This document shows positions 10,859 to 20,393 of a DNA stretch of 27,216 nt, one piece after another; position 1 is the first letter of the stretch; each line of letters begins with the position of its first letter. The translations under genes were made by a program, and so were the position numbers. Below the pieces are notes generated by a model. That model ran no database searches, had not been told where the DNA came from, and was given only the letters and a program-made list of their open reading frames with translations. Source of the stretch: a virus (lineage: Duplodnaviria > Heunggongvirae > Uroviricota > Caudoviricetes); the IMG/VR virus record IMGVR_UViG_2711768034_000009, positions 1 through 27,216 of that record; one strand, 5' to 3'.

Positions 10859-12253
10859 ATGGCAATTGTTAATATTAACGTGTCGGTGACGAATCCGCCG
10901 AAGCCCTCGCAGTTGTTAAAGTCCGGGGCGATGATTTCTATGGGCGGCACGACGCTGAATGCCGGTGAATATCAGCTGCTGACCAGTGAAACCGACCTGG
11001 CCGACATCCTCGCACCGGCGAAAACCATCTCGACGCTCGCCTGGGATACTGGCGTGGTAACCGTCACGCTGGCTGCCGCTCACGGATGGACTAACGGGTC
11101 ACAGGTCCCGGTGATTATCTCCGGATCGACTCCGGCGGGGTACAATGGCGCCTATACCGCTACGGTGACAGGTACCAACACCTTCACCTATCCGCTGACG
11201 ACCAACCCCGGCACCGCAACGGCAATGGGTACGGTAAAAACGGTAGTACAGACCGAAATTTCCCAGATGAATACCTCGTTCTGGGCCCAGGGGAAGACGC
11301 GGGCAGTTTATGTGCTGGAACTGGGTGATGTGTCCATGGAGGCAGCTGTCGCAGCGCTGACAACCTTCATTGCTGAAGACGTCTCCCTGGGTAACACCTA
11401 CCAGAAGTTTTTCTCCTATCTGGTGCCGCGCGAATGGGATTCGGTCGATGAATTTAAAACCCTGACCAGCCTCTATACTTCGCCGGGAAGTCTGGTTTAC
11501 TTCTTTGTCACCACAACGATCGCGACCTATCAGGATTGGGTCGCGACGAAAAACAAAACTGTCTTTGCCGGCGTCGAGGCTCCGGATATTCCGGCGAGCG
11601 AGTTTTCCATGGCCGGCCCGTTCCAGTCGTCCCTGGCAAACGACCCGGGGTCGAGCAACATGGTGCCGCCGATGTCGTACCGCTTTATGTACGGCCTGAC
11701 TGAGTACCCGCTGGAAGGCAACAGCGCACTGCTGAAATCGCTTCAGGACAGCAACATCAACTACATCGGCACCGGCGCCGAAGGTGGACTCAGCAATAAA
11801 GTGCTGTTCACCGGCCGCATGCTCGATGGTAACCCGTTCAACTACTGGTATTCGGTGGCGTGGACGGCGATCAACCTTGAGCTCGACCTGGCGAATGAAA
11901 TCATCAACGGCTCCAACACGACCGTTAACCCGCTGTACTACGAGCAGAAGGGCATTGACCGCCTGCAGCGTCGTGCTCTGAAAACCTTGCGTAATGGCAT
12001 CAGCTACGGGCTGATCCTCGGTCGTGTCATTGACACGCAACTGACGCAAGAAGATTTCAACACCGAGTATGACAAAGGCACTTACGCCGGCAACGCCGTG
12101 ATCAACGCCGTGCCGTTCAGTAACTACAACAGCCTGAACCCCTCCGATTATCAGGAAGGCAAATATAACGGGCTGAGCGCCGTCATGACGCCGCGCCGCG
12201 GCTTCGAATCCATCACGTTTAACGTGAACGTAACGAACTTTGTAGGGGCGTAA
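10859..12253 (+). CDS. Putative tail sheath protein
   Basis: 464-aa ORF with a GGAG ribosome-binding site, immediately upstream of a 145-aa tube-like gene, the chaperone and the tape measure (canonical contractile-tail order). It contains the inserted roughly 60-aa module shared with two other virion proteins. Confidence 0.6.
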   Translation: MAIVNINVSVTNPPKPSQLLKSGAMISMGGTTLNAGEYQLLTSETDLADILAPAKTISTLAWDTGVVTVTLAAAHGWTNGSQVPVIISGSTPAGYNGAYTATVTGTNTFTYPLTTNPGTATAMGTVKTVVQTEISQMNTSFWAQGKTRAVYVLELGDVSMEAAVAALTTFIAEDVSLGNTYQKFFSYLVPREWDSVDEFKTLTSLYTSPGSLVYFFVTTTIATYQDWVATKNKTVFAGVEAPDIPASEFSMAGPFQSSLANDPGSSNMVPPMSYRFMYGLTEYPLEGNSALLKSLQDSNINYIGTGAEGGLSNKVLFTGRMLDGNPFNYWYSVAWTAINLELDLANEIINGSNTTVNPLYYEQKGIDRLQRRALKTLRNGISYGLILGRVIDTQLTQEDFNTEYDKGTYAGNAVINAVPFSNYNSLNPSDYQEGKYNGLSAVMTPRRGFESITFNVNVTNFVGA

Positions 12254-12256
12254 AAA

Positions 12257-12694
12257 ATGGCGAACCCATTAGTACCGCAGGGCTTCCTTAACCGCGTACG
12301 CGGGGCTCTTTCCGTCACGGACACACCGGCGCTGAACGTTTCGGCGTCGTACCTGGCAAAGGACGGCATTAGCCTGCGTCCGGATGGCCCGGCGACCGAC
12401 ATCATCCCTACGATGACCGGAACCGTCGGCAGCCAGGCGCCGTATCAGCAGGTAACGCTGACCGTGCATCTCCTGAAAACTCAGGGGCTGGGCGAAAGCT
12501 ACCGGCAACGCTTTTTAACCGACACGTCGCTGGGTGAAATCGTGGTAACGCCGGATGCAACGACGTTCGGCAATATCACGCTGCTCAACTGCTATCTGGT
12601 CAACTTCAACGAGCTGGCTTTCAGCGGGATGGACCCGGCTTTTGTGGTAACCATCAGCGGCTATATGGTCACCAACGACAACATGTGGGTGTAA
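12257..12694 (+). CDS. Putative tail tube protein
   Basis: 145-aa ORF directly after the sheath gene. Assigned by size and position. Confidence 0.55.
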   Translation: MANPLVPQGFLNRVRGALSVTDTPALNVSASYLAKDGISLRPDGPATDIIPTMTGTVGSQAPYQQVTLTVHLLKTQGLGESYRQRFLTDTSLGEIVVTPDATTFGNITLLNCYLVNFNELAFSGMDPAFVVTISGYMVTNDNMWV

Positions 12695-12697
12695 TGC

Positions 12698-13270
12698 ATG
12701 AAAATTGACAAGAAACTGAATCTGGTCACCAACGTTACCCGCGAAGACGGCTCGATCGTATACCTGCATGTGACGCCATTCCCCTATGAGGTGGTGGAAG
12801 AACACTGCATCCTGCTGGGGAACCTGTTCACAAAATTCATCTCGCAGGTGGGTGGTCTTGGCGCCGCCAGAATCGCCGCGATGATGCTGAGGCAGAGCCT
12901 GAAAGCGGAAATCGATAACGGTCGGACAGGTCCGAACATCGTTGATGAAATTCAGCGACTGACGGTCGTTATCCATAACGTCGGCGGCCAGTGGAAAACC
13001 ACGCCTCTTGAGGTGGCATTCAAGCAGGGGATTATCGACCCTGATGAGTATCGCGAGGTCGAAGGCGAAGTGGTTTTTTTTATGGTTTCCTCTGCTATTC
13101 AGAAGGCAAACCTGATCGCGCCGACCGTGGGAACGGTGATCAAAATGTACGATGGGCAACTAACCTCATCGAGCGGTACGGCGTTCCGCGATTCGTTGCA
13201 GACGTCGAAGCCGGATACCGATACCCCGACCCAGAATGCCCAGCCGGAAACGTCATTTATACCCTCTTAG
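12698..13270 (+). CDS. Tail assembly chaperone, 0-frame product (lambda G / P2 E analogue)
   Basis: 190-aa ORF immediately upstream of the tape measure gene. It contains the slippery heptamer T_TTT_TTT in the 0 frame at 13075-13081. Confidence 0.6.
   Translation: MKIDKKLNLVTNVTREDGSIVYLHVTPFPYEVVEEHCILLGNLFTKFISQVGGLGAARIAAMMLRQSLKAEIDNGRTGPNIVDEIQRLTVVIHNVGGQWKTTPLEVAFKQGIIDPDEYREVEGEVVFFMVSSAIQKANLIAPTVGTVIKMYDGQLTSSSGTAFRDSLQTSKPDTDTPTQNAQPETSFIPS
13075..13081 (+). other. Candidate -1 programmed ribosomal frameshift site (slippery heptamer U_UUU_UUU)
   Basis: 0-frame codons are GTT TTT TTT ATG. The heptamer fits X_XXY_YYZ and lies 63 codons before the 0-frame stop. Confidence 0.5.
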
Positions 13271-13404
13271 ACTGGGCGTCTAATGAGGGTTTCTGGCAGG
13301 TGATAAGGGAGATCACCGGCGAGGAGTATGCAAGCCCGGCGCAGTACCGGCAGCGCTACCTACTCGCCGCGCTCAAAGAAAGAGGTTTCTTCAATGGTAG
13401 CTAA
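13081..13404 (+). CDS. -1 frame extension of the tail assembly chaperone (GT / E+E'-like product, joined to 12698..13081)
   Basis: The -1 frame is open for 108 codons from the slip site to TAA at 13402-13404 (YGFLCYSEGKPDRADRGNGDQNVRWATN...KERGFFNGS) and has no listed ORF. It ends just inside the tape measure start. Confidence 0.45.
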   Translation, partial: YGFLCYSEGKPDRADRGNGDQNVRWATNLIERYGVPRFVADVEAGYRYPDPECPAGNVIYTLLDWASNEGFWQVIREITGEEYASPAQYRQRYLLAALKERGFFNGS

Positions 13405-15211
13405 GTCGATCGTCGACATTGACGTAAATGACGACAAGTTTGTCGCGTTTATGGAAAGGTTTCGCGAGTACCAGAGCGCGCTGGATGATTTACCGGAAGC
13501 CTGGCGAGTGGCTGCCGTTGGTATTGGTGAAAGCAGCAAGCAGACCGAAAAAGCCAAAGGTGAGGCGAAGGAGTTAGGCGCGGAGTTTAATGCCGTGGCC
13601 GAGGCCATCCTGACCATCAACAGCGGTATCGATCGGCTCAATACCAACCTGGAAGACTCGAAGAAAAAGCAGGACGAATTCAACAAAAGCACCCGATCTG
13701 CGAAGGGCTTCCTCAGCGATGCGACGAAAGACGCTAAATCGCTGGCAGGGCATATCAAGGAAGCGACGGCCAGCCTTCTGTCCTGGGGTGGTATTGTCGG
13801 GATATTTACCGGCGTCCTTGGCGTTGGCGGCCTGTTTGGCATCAACCGCCTGGCTGCCACCACCGGTGCCCAGCGGTTTACTTCTCTCGGGCTTGGGACG
13901 AGTATCGGCGCACTTGATTCCACCGCCATAAACTACCAGAAAGCGCTGGGTAATCCGGCGGGGACGCTGGGCGCTATCCGCGATTCCCAGATGGACCTGT
14001 CGAAGCGCTGGACGTTTCAGGCGATGGGGATTAACAATCCCGACCAGGACCCTGCCAAACTGCTCCCGCAGATGATCCGTAATGCGCGCGATATTTTCGT
14101 GCAGAGCGGCAGCACGCTGCAGGGCGCACAGGCGCACGGCCTGACAAACTTCTTTACGCTGGACGACCTGAACCGCTTCAAAAACATGAGCGATGAGGAG
14201 ATCACCGCCATGGAGAAGCGCGCGCAGCAGGATGCGCGTATGTTGCAAATTACCGACCAGCAGGCGCGTCAGTGGCAGGATTTTAACGTCCAGCTCGATT
14301 ACAGCAGCCAGAGCATCAGAAACACGTTTGTGCGCGGCCTGGGTCCTCTCACACCTCAACTGAGAAAACTGTCTGATGCGCTGTCAGGCGCGATCGATAC
14401 CGTCCTGAAATCCCCCGAACTCGGCAAGTGGATTGATGCGCTTGCCGGCGGCATTGAGCGATTCGGTAATTACCTCGCTTCTCCTGAATTTTCCACAGAT
14501 GTAAGCAACTTTATGGACAAAGTAGAGAAAATGGGAAATCTAATTGGCAAGGTTATTGATTGGGTAACAGGGAAAGCGAGTATCTCTACTGCGGATATAT
14601 CATCCGGGTCAACGATGTTGAGCCCAAGCACCATCATCGATCCGAAAACGGGAAAATCCTATACTCCTGGAAGCAATGATGACCCGCATGTATGGGGCTG
14701 GCTCAAGGGTGTTAGGCGCTTCTTTGAAGATGGAACCGTTAAAGCTGTTGATCCCACACCTGCAAATACTTCCGACAGAAACAGGACTATTGCAGATCGA
14801 TTTAATAATCCGGGAAATCTGCGGTGGGCTGAAGGATACAGCAGCGAGAATACGAGAAGCGGTAAATTTGCCGTCTTCCCAACGCTGGATGAAGGCGTAC
14901 TGGCGGCGACAAAGCAACTTCAAATGTATGGCGCTAAAGGAATAAATACGGTAGGAGATATTGCAAGAAAATGGGCTCCTCCTAAGGAAAATAATACCGC
15001 TGAGTATATTCGGCATGTGGTTAAAACTACTGGATTTAATGAGAATCAGAAACTGAATCTCAATGATCCTCAGGTTATCGCGAAACTCATTTCTGCTATA
15101 TCTCAAAAAGAAGGGGCTGGTAGCAGAGTTTCTGAGAGCACAGTCATTCAGATCTATAACAATACCGGTGGGAATGCAGTGGTAACTTCAGCGCAATTGG
15201 GGGCGAGGTAA
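13394..15211 (+). CDS. Tail tape measure protein
   Basis: The ATG at 13394 follows AAAGAGG; the ORF track's 13328 start is an upstream extension. It has a helical N-terminal half and a Gly-rich hydrophobic segment (GGIVGIFTGVLGVGGLFGI). The 3' portion from about 14440 has markedly lower GC. Confidence 0.6.
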   Translation: MVAKSIVDIDVNDDKFVAFMERFREYQSALDDLPEAWRVAAVGIGESSKQTEKAKGEAKELGAEFNAVAEAILTINSGIDRLNTNLEDSKKKQDEFNKSTRSAKGFLSDATKDAKSLAGHIKEATASLLSWGGIVGIFTGVLGVGGLFGINRLAATTGAQRFTSLGLGTSIGALDSTAINYQKALGNPAGTLGAIRDSQMDLSKRWTFQAMGINNPDQDPAKLLPQMIRNARDIFVQSGSTLQGAQAHGLTNFFTLDDLNRFKNMSDEEITAMEKRAQQDARMLQITDQQARQWQDFNVQLDYSSQSIRNTFVRGLGPLTPQLRKLSDALSGAIDTVLKSPELGKWIDALAGGIERFGNYLASPEFSTDVSNFMDKVEKMGNLIGKVIDWVTGKASISTADISSGSTMLSPSTIIDPKTGKSYTPGSNDDPHVWGWLKGVRRFFEDGTVKAVDPTPANTSDRNRTIADRFNNPGNLRWAEGYSSENTRSGKFAVFPTLDEGVLAATKQLQMYGAKGINTVGDIARKWAPPKENNTAEYIRHVVKTTGFNENQKLNLNDPQVIAKLISAISQKEGAGSRVSESTVIQIYNNTGGNAVVTSAQLGAR

Positions 15212-15921
15212 TGGGATTCACACGTGAAATGTATAAGCTGGGTTTTGAAATATCCCCAGTAATACTTTGCGGAGGGATAGCGCAGGCCATTCCTGGAGGA
15301 ATGCTCCCGATCGTCGCTTTGACACAGAGCGCGAGCTTTGTTACGGGGCTGCTTGGAGGAGCCATAAACCTAACCGATCTGGATAAATATTTCTGCCACT
15401 GGCGACCGGTTCAGGGCGCCACAATGGTTGATTATGAAATTGCCAGATACCCTTTCGCCAACCAGGTAGTAGCTGCGAACGCCTTGCTTGCTCAGCCTTT
15501 GCGCGTTTCGTTGGTAATGGAGGCCCCGGTCAATGAAAACACCGGGGCGATGACAAAGCTCGTCACTATGAGTGCTTTGCAGTCTGTCCTTCAGGCGCAT
15601 TCTAACTTAGGCGGCACGTTTATCGTCGCCACCCCATCCGTTATCTATAGCAACTGCATTTTGCGTGTAGTGAGGGACATTACCTCTGGTAACGATCCAT
15701 TACCACAGCGTTCATGGATATGGGATTTCGAGCAGCCACTGATAACCGATAATGGTGCAGAGCAGGCCGTGAACAATTTTTTAAACAAGATTGGCGCCGG
15801 GGATATGGTAACCGACCCATCCTGGACTAATACCGCCAATGCTCTTGGCAACACGCCTCTCGGGAGCTCTGTATCGGAAGCAATAACCGGCCTATTGGGT
15901 AAGTTGGGGGTAGGGCCATGA
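15211..15921 (+). CDS. Hypothetical tail / baseplate protein
   Basis: 236-aa ORF whose start overlaps the tape measure stop (TAATG). Confidence 0.4.
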   Translation: MGFTREMYKLGFEISPVILCGGIAQAIPGGMLPIVALTQSASFVTGLLGGAINLTDLDKYFCHWRPVQGATMVDYEIARYPFANQVVAANALLAQPLRVSLVMEAPVNENTGAMTKLVTMSALQSVLQAHSNLGGTFIVATPSVIYSNCILRVVRDITSGNDPLPQRSWIWDFEQPLITDNGAEQAVNNFLNKIGAGDMVTDPSWTNTANALGNTPLGSSVSEAITGLLGKLGVGP

Positions 15922-16196
15922 CAACCCAGAATTATCCGTTTACCGGCAATGATCGTCAAAGCATGACATTTACACCGATCCTTGATGGCACCGTCTATAA
16001 CTGCCAGGTTAAATGGAACATTGCCGGGCTGAGGTGGTATGTCCTCATTACAGATGGCTCTGGGAATACCATTCTAAATACCCCGCTCGTTGGCTCCGAG
16101 CTTAACGGTGGAATAAATATTATCTCCGGAGTGTTTAATTCGTCCTCCATGTACTGGCGCGAACAGAATGGACTGATTGAGGTAAACAGTTCATGA
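15918..16196 (+). CDS. Hypothetical small tail / baseplate protein
   Basis: 92-aa ORF coupled by ATGA overlaps on both sides. Confidence 0.35.
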   Translation: MTTQNYPFTGNDRQSMTFTPILDGTVYNCQVKWNIAGLRWYVLITDGSGNTILNTPLVGSELNGGINIISGVFNSSSMYWREQNGLIEVNSS

Positions 16197-17230
16197 GATA
16201 TTATGATATTGAGATAACCATTCCTGCTGAAGGTGCCTCTCCGGAAAGAACGATAAAATACAGTAGCCATAAGAACGGAGTTTACAACCCCGGCGCCCTG
16301 ATGATTGAGTTTGATATCCTCAGGTACGGTGAATCGACTCCCCAGGGCGAAACTCACCTGACCATCTGGGGTATTGGCCCAAAAGAAATGCAGCAGGCTC
16401 GCCAGAATTTTTTTGGCAAAAAAATTAAAATATTCCTTGGGATGAAAGACGGGCTGCCATTGGCTGGCAAGGTTACCGCACCAAAACTGGTATTGGATGG
16501 CGTGATAAATCAGGTCTTTGGTAACTGGCAGGGTATTGAGTTACGACTTGACTTCATAATCGTGGTTGGTCCTGTCCAGAACGTGCCAAATAACAAACCC
16601 GTACCCCTTCCTTTAACCTTTGACTGGAAGGAGGGGCAGAAGCTTTCTGTAGCCCTCACGCAGTGTTTTATGAACATCAGAGGGTATACGTTCAATATCA
16701 ACATAAGCGACCGGCTAATCCTTAATCATTACCGGGGACTGTTTTGTGATGACATTGTCACCCTGGCCAAGGACCTTAATGCTTTTTCACGTTCCAGAAT
16801 TCGCGATAGCGGGTACTCTGGTGTAGAGATCGCAATAGTGAATGGTAATGAGATCCGGGTATGGGATAACGATTATGATAACCACCCGGATAAGACTTCT
16901 GTTTCCAGCGCCGTAGCCAGAAGCAACAGCCCAACCCAAATAGATTTCAAGGATTTGATAGGGCAGCCGACATGGGTGGCATTTAACACAATCAGCATGG
17001 CGTGCGTAATGCGCGGTGATATTCAGGTTGGCGATCACATCCTGATGCCTAAAAAAAGCACTCCGTTGATACAGGCCTCTTCGTACTCTCAGTATCGAGA
17101 AGACTCTGCCTTTACTGGCGACTTTATTGTGAACTCCGTTCGCCTGTTAGGGAATAGCAGGCAACCAACGGCAGAGGCATGGGTAACAATTATTGAGGCT
17201 TCCCCTTTCATTAAGGCAGGTAGTGCATGA
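16193..17230 (+). CDS. Putative baseplate hub protein (P2 gpD / Mu gp44-like position)
   Basis: 345-aa ORF between the tape measure region and the spike-like gene. Assigned by position and size only. Confidence 0.4.
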   Translation: MRYYDIEITIPAEGASPERTIKYSSHKNGVYNPGALMIEFDILRYGESTPQGETHLTIWGIGPKEMQQARQNFFGKKIKIFLGMKDGLPLAGKVTAPKLVLDGVINQVFGNWQGIELRLDFIIVVGPVQNVPNNKPVPLPLTFDWKEGQKLSVALTQCFMNIRGYTFNINISDRLILNHYRGLFCDDIVTLAKDLNAFSRSRIRDSGYSGVEIAIVNGNEIRVWDNDYDNHPDKTSVSSAVARSNSPTQIDFKDLIGQPTWVAFNTISMACVMRGDIQVGDHILMPKKSTPLIQASSYSQYREDSAFTGDFIVNSVRLLGNSRQPTAEAWVTIIEASPFIKAGSA

Positions 17231-17943
17231 GCATCGACAACAAGCTTAATTTTGCCTCAAGCATGAACAGGTTTACTGAAAGAAAGATTGAAAATGCGCT
17301 TCAAAAATCAGGGAAAGTTCTTCCGGCGAGCGTGGTTAAGCAAACTGGGAATATGATCACCGTCTCCTTCGAGCTAAGGGATATCCCATATGTTTTGCCG
17401 CAAGTGACTATCCCCTTATTTGGCCCTCAATATATTCGTTACCCTATGCAGCCGGGAGATAAGGGGATTGTTATCCCCGCAGATACTTACATTGGCGGGG
17501 TTAGCGGTCAGGGAGGCGGCATTGCAGATATGACTCCGCCAGCAAACTTAAGCGCCCTCGTTTTTTTGCCGATCAGTAATACCGAGTGGCAGGGTGTCGA
17601 CGGGCAGGTGGTGACGGTATACGGTCCGGAGGGTGTAACGCTGCGCGACAGCGGCAGCAACACGACGTTTCTCCTGAAGCCTGACAGCATCGCTATTTCC
17701 ACACCTGACAGCTTCACCGTCACCGTTGGCGGGACAGTTTTTTCACTGACCGGTAGCAAATGGAGCCTTTCAGGAGAGGCAGGGCATCTGCAGGATTCAG
17801 TGGCCAGTACCAGCCCGGCAATCATGCACGCCGGATGGCAGTCGCTTCTGGCCTGGCTTAACAGCCATGAGCATTCAAACGGCAACGATGGAAATGATAC
17901 CGGGGGGCCGACTTCAACGTATAACGGGAGTATCACCGAGTGA
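17227..17943 (+). CDS. Putative baseplate spike / assembly protein V-like
   Basis: 238-aa ORF with a Gly-rich C-terminus, directly before a gp25/W-sized gene and a J-like gene. Confidence 0.45.
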   Translation: MSIDNKLNFASSMNRFTERKIENALQKSGKVLPASVVKQTGNMITVSFELRDIPYVLPQVTIPLFGPQYIRYPMQPGDKGIVIPADTYIGGVSGQGGGIADMTPPANLSALVFLPISNTEWQGVDGQVVTVYGPEGVTLRDSGSNTTFLLKPDSIAISTPDSFTVTVGGTVFSLTGSKWSLSGEAGHLQDSVASTSPAIMHAGWQSLLAWLNSHEHSNGNDGNDTGGPTSTYNGSITE

Positions 17944-18272
17944 GAACCTATGGCCGAAACTCTGAGGGGAAGTGGGTCCTGGTGGAAACCGACGAATATG
18001 GGTTTAATGACTCGGTGTATTTGACGACCCTGATCCAGAATCTGAAACTGGCGCCGCAGGAGTCGCCATTTTATGCGAACAACGGAATCCCGGCCGCCGG
18101 GTCGGTGATCCAGCAAATCCTGCCGACGTATTACGTAAACCGTATTCAGAAACAGTTCAGCCAGTATTTTTCCTCGCTGCAGATTGCGCTGATCAGCGAC
18201 GACCCGCCTGTTTATAACATCTCGGCAATCACAAATGCAGGTTCAAAAATAATTACACAGGTGGCCGTATGA
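17940..18272 (+). CDS. Putative baseplate wedge protein (gpW / gp25-like size and position)
   Basis: 110-aa ORF coupled to the genes on either side. Confidence 0.4.
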   Translation: MRTYGRNSEGKWVLVETDEYGFNDSVYLTTLIQNLKLAPQESPFYANNGIPAAGSVIQQILPTYYVNRIQKQFSQYFSSLQIALISDDPPVYNISAITNAGSKIITQVAV

Positions 18273-19687
18273 GCGATTTACCAGTCAGCTATACGTCAGC
18301 AGGCCCGGTTCCTCTGACGCCGGAAGAGCTACGAGCACAGCTCGTTTCTCAGGCAATTGCGCTATCTCCGGGACTCACAACTGATTTGCCTGGATCTCTG
18401 ATTGAGGACGTGGCCAGTACCGATGTCGGCGCGCTCATCGTTTGTGATCAAGCAAGGGTTGACCTGATTAACTCGGTGGGGCCACTAAAGGCTAACCTGG
18501 CCATGCTGGAGCTTCTCGCACAGCAGGCTGGTATTCCTGGGCAGAAAACGGCTGGCACAACAACAGTCCCGGTTCAGTTTTCCGGCCCCGCGGGATTTGT
18601 TATCCCACAGGGGTTTATTGTTTCTGATGGGACCTATACCTATTCAGTCAGTGATGCGACGATAATCTCGTCGTCAGGAGTGTCTGCCAGCGTATCATGC
18701 GAGGGAACAGAGACCGGGACCTGGGCGGTTCCGGTAAATACGGTTAACCAGATCATATCCAGTCTACCGTCTGACGTAACCATTACCTGCACCAACCCGA
18801 TCGCCGGCACTCCTGGTGCTGACCCGGAAACGAACTATCAGTTTCGTGATCGCGTATGGCAGGCGCAGATGGCCACCGTTCAGGGATATCCTGGATTTAT
18901 CCGGCAATATCTCACCAGCCTTGATAACGTGCAGGCGCGCCTGGTTTCTGTCATTCAGGACGGGGATAAGTGGATAGTCATGTGCGCCGGCGGTGATATT
19001 TACGATATTGCTGGCGCGCTCTATAAGTCTGCGGGGGATATCAGCCGGCTGAAAGGGTGTTCACTGAATGTAACTGGGATCACGAATGCAAATCCTGGCG
19101 TCGTCAGCACAGACCTGACTCATGGCTACACTGACGGCCAGGTTATCCGGATCACTGGCGTTACCGGGATGACGGGTATTAATGACGTTCCTCTGACCGT
19201 GACGGTACTGTCTCCTCACACTTTTTCCATCGGGATTGATACCACTTCATCCGGGACCTGGGGAGGCGGCGGCGAGGTGACACCGAACGTCAGAAACAAT
19301 ACCGTGACGGTGAATGACTGGCCTGATAACTACGTGATCCCGTTCGTGACGCCATTGCTGCAGCGGGTCACTGTGACGTATCAGTGGGGGACCGAAAGTG
19401 TTAACTACCTGACTGATGCGACGGTCGCCTCTCTGGTCTCGGCTCCTACGATTCAGTATGTGAACGGCATATTCGCCGGGAAACCGCTGAACGTTAACAA
19501 CCTGAAAGACGCATTCTTACAGGCGATTAACTCGACAATCGACATGGGGCTGATCAGCACTTTAAACGTCGTGGTCACCATCAATGGTGTGATAACGCCA
19601 CCGGATGCCGGGACGAATATCATCAGCGGCGATAAGTTCAGTTATTTTTATATCGCGTCGGATGGCGTGATCGTAACAGGGGCGTAG
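18269..19687 (+). CDS. Putative baseplate J-like protein
   Basis: 472-aa ORF in the baseplate J position. It contains the third copy of the shared roughly 60-aa module (HGYTDGQVIRITGV...). Confidence 0.5.
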   Translation: MSDLPVSYTSAGPVPLTPEELRAQLVSQAIALSPGLTTDLPGSLIEDVASTDVGALIVCDQARVDLINSVGPLKANLAMLELLAQQAGIPGQKTAGTTTVPVQFSGPAGFVIPQGFIVSDGTYTYSVSDATIISSSGVSASVSCEGTETGTWAVPVNTVNQIISSLPSDVTITCTNPIAGTPGADPETNYQFRDRVWQAQMATVQGYPGFIRQYLTSLDNVQARLVSVIQDGDKWIVMCAGGDIYDIAGALYKSAGDISRLKGCSLNVTGITNANPGVVSTDLTHGYTDGQVIRITGVTGMTGINDVPLTVTVLSPHTFSIGIDTTSSGTWGGGGEVTPNVRNNTVTVNDWPDNYVIPFVTPLLQRVTVTYQWGTESVNYLTDATVASLVSAPTIQYVNGIFAGKPLNVNNLKDAFLQAINSTIDMGLISTLNVVVTINGVITPPDAGTNIISGDKFSYFYIASDGVIVTGA

Positions 19688-19688
19688 C

Positions 19689-20393
19689 ATGCTGGACGAT
19701 ATCATCCGGTCGTATATGTATACGCAATACAACGACGATGAAAATCTGCGGGCGTTTTTTACTGCGTATAACTCGATGGCGCAGGGCATTTATGACTGGA
19801 TGGTTAATGCCAACCTGCCGATTTTCATCGGTGACTACAACACCGGAGATCAGCTCCGGTGGATTGCCCATGGCATCTATGGCGTTTTGCCGCCGGTGAT
19901 TTCCAGCAGCGATCAGCAGGAGATAGGCCCATATAACACCTTCGAATTTAACCAGCTGGCATTCAATGAGTACCGGGTGATTGACCAGTCAAACCAGGTT
20001 GTTGTCTCTGATGACCTTTTTAAGCGGATCATGACCTGGAATTTTTACAAAGGTGACGGCTTCTATTTCTCTATCCCATGGATAAAGCGGCGTATTCTGC
20101 GGTTCCTTTTGGGAGTGAATGGCACCGACATTCTCAACGACCAGCGATGGAGTATCTCGATCCAGTTTGTGGATGGCGGTATCGTGATTTCCATCTATAA
20201 AGGGCGCCGCATGTTCACGCGGAGCGCTATCTACAATGCATCGGCCTATAACTCCAGGAAGTACAACCAGAAGGACACGGCCTTTGTGATCACTGAGGAT
20301 TTCGAGTTCGCCATTTTTTTCAAGCAGGCCATGGATAGCGGCCTGCTGCACATGCCGTTTTACCAGTCAGTCACGGTTGAGATATTTGATTAG
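19689..20393 (+). CDS. Putative baseplate wedge / tail fibre attachment protein (P2 gpI / Mu gp48-like position)
   Basis: 234-aa ORF that is the last gene of the tightly coupled baseplate operon. Confidence 0.4.
   Translation: MLDDIIRSYMYTQYNDDENLRAFFTAYNSMAQGIYDWMVNANLPIFIGDYNTGDQLRWIAHGIYGVLPPVISSSDQQEIGPYNTFEFNQLAFNEYRVIDQSNQVVVSDDLFKRIMTWNFYKGDGFYFSIPWIKRRILRFLLGVNGTDILNDQRWSISIQFVDGGIVISIYKGRRMFTRSAIYNASAYNSRKYNQKDTAFVITEDFEFAIFFKQAMDSGLLHMPFYQSVTVEIFD

Noticed and set aside
11099-12049. 316-aa antisense ORF inside the tail sheath gene
   Set aside because: It is fully contained within a well-supported, operon-embedded gene on the opposite strand. Long antisense ORFs are common in GC-rich coding DNA.
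13574-14359. 261-aa antisense ORF inside the tape measure gene
   Set aside because: Same reasoning: it is embedded in the GC-rich part of the tape measure gene and has no independent expression signals.
20314-20320. T7 run forming a potential slippery heptamer (T_TTT_TTC) near the 3' end of the 19689..20393 gene
   Set aside because: The -1 frame hits a stop after about 7 codons, so no meaningful alternative product would result.
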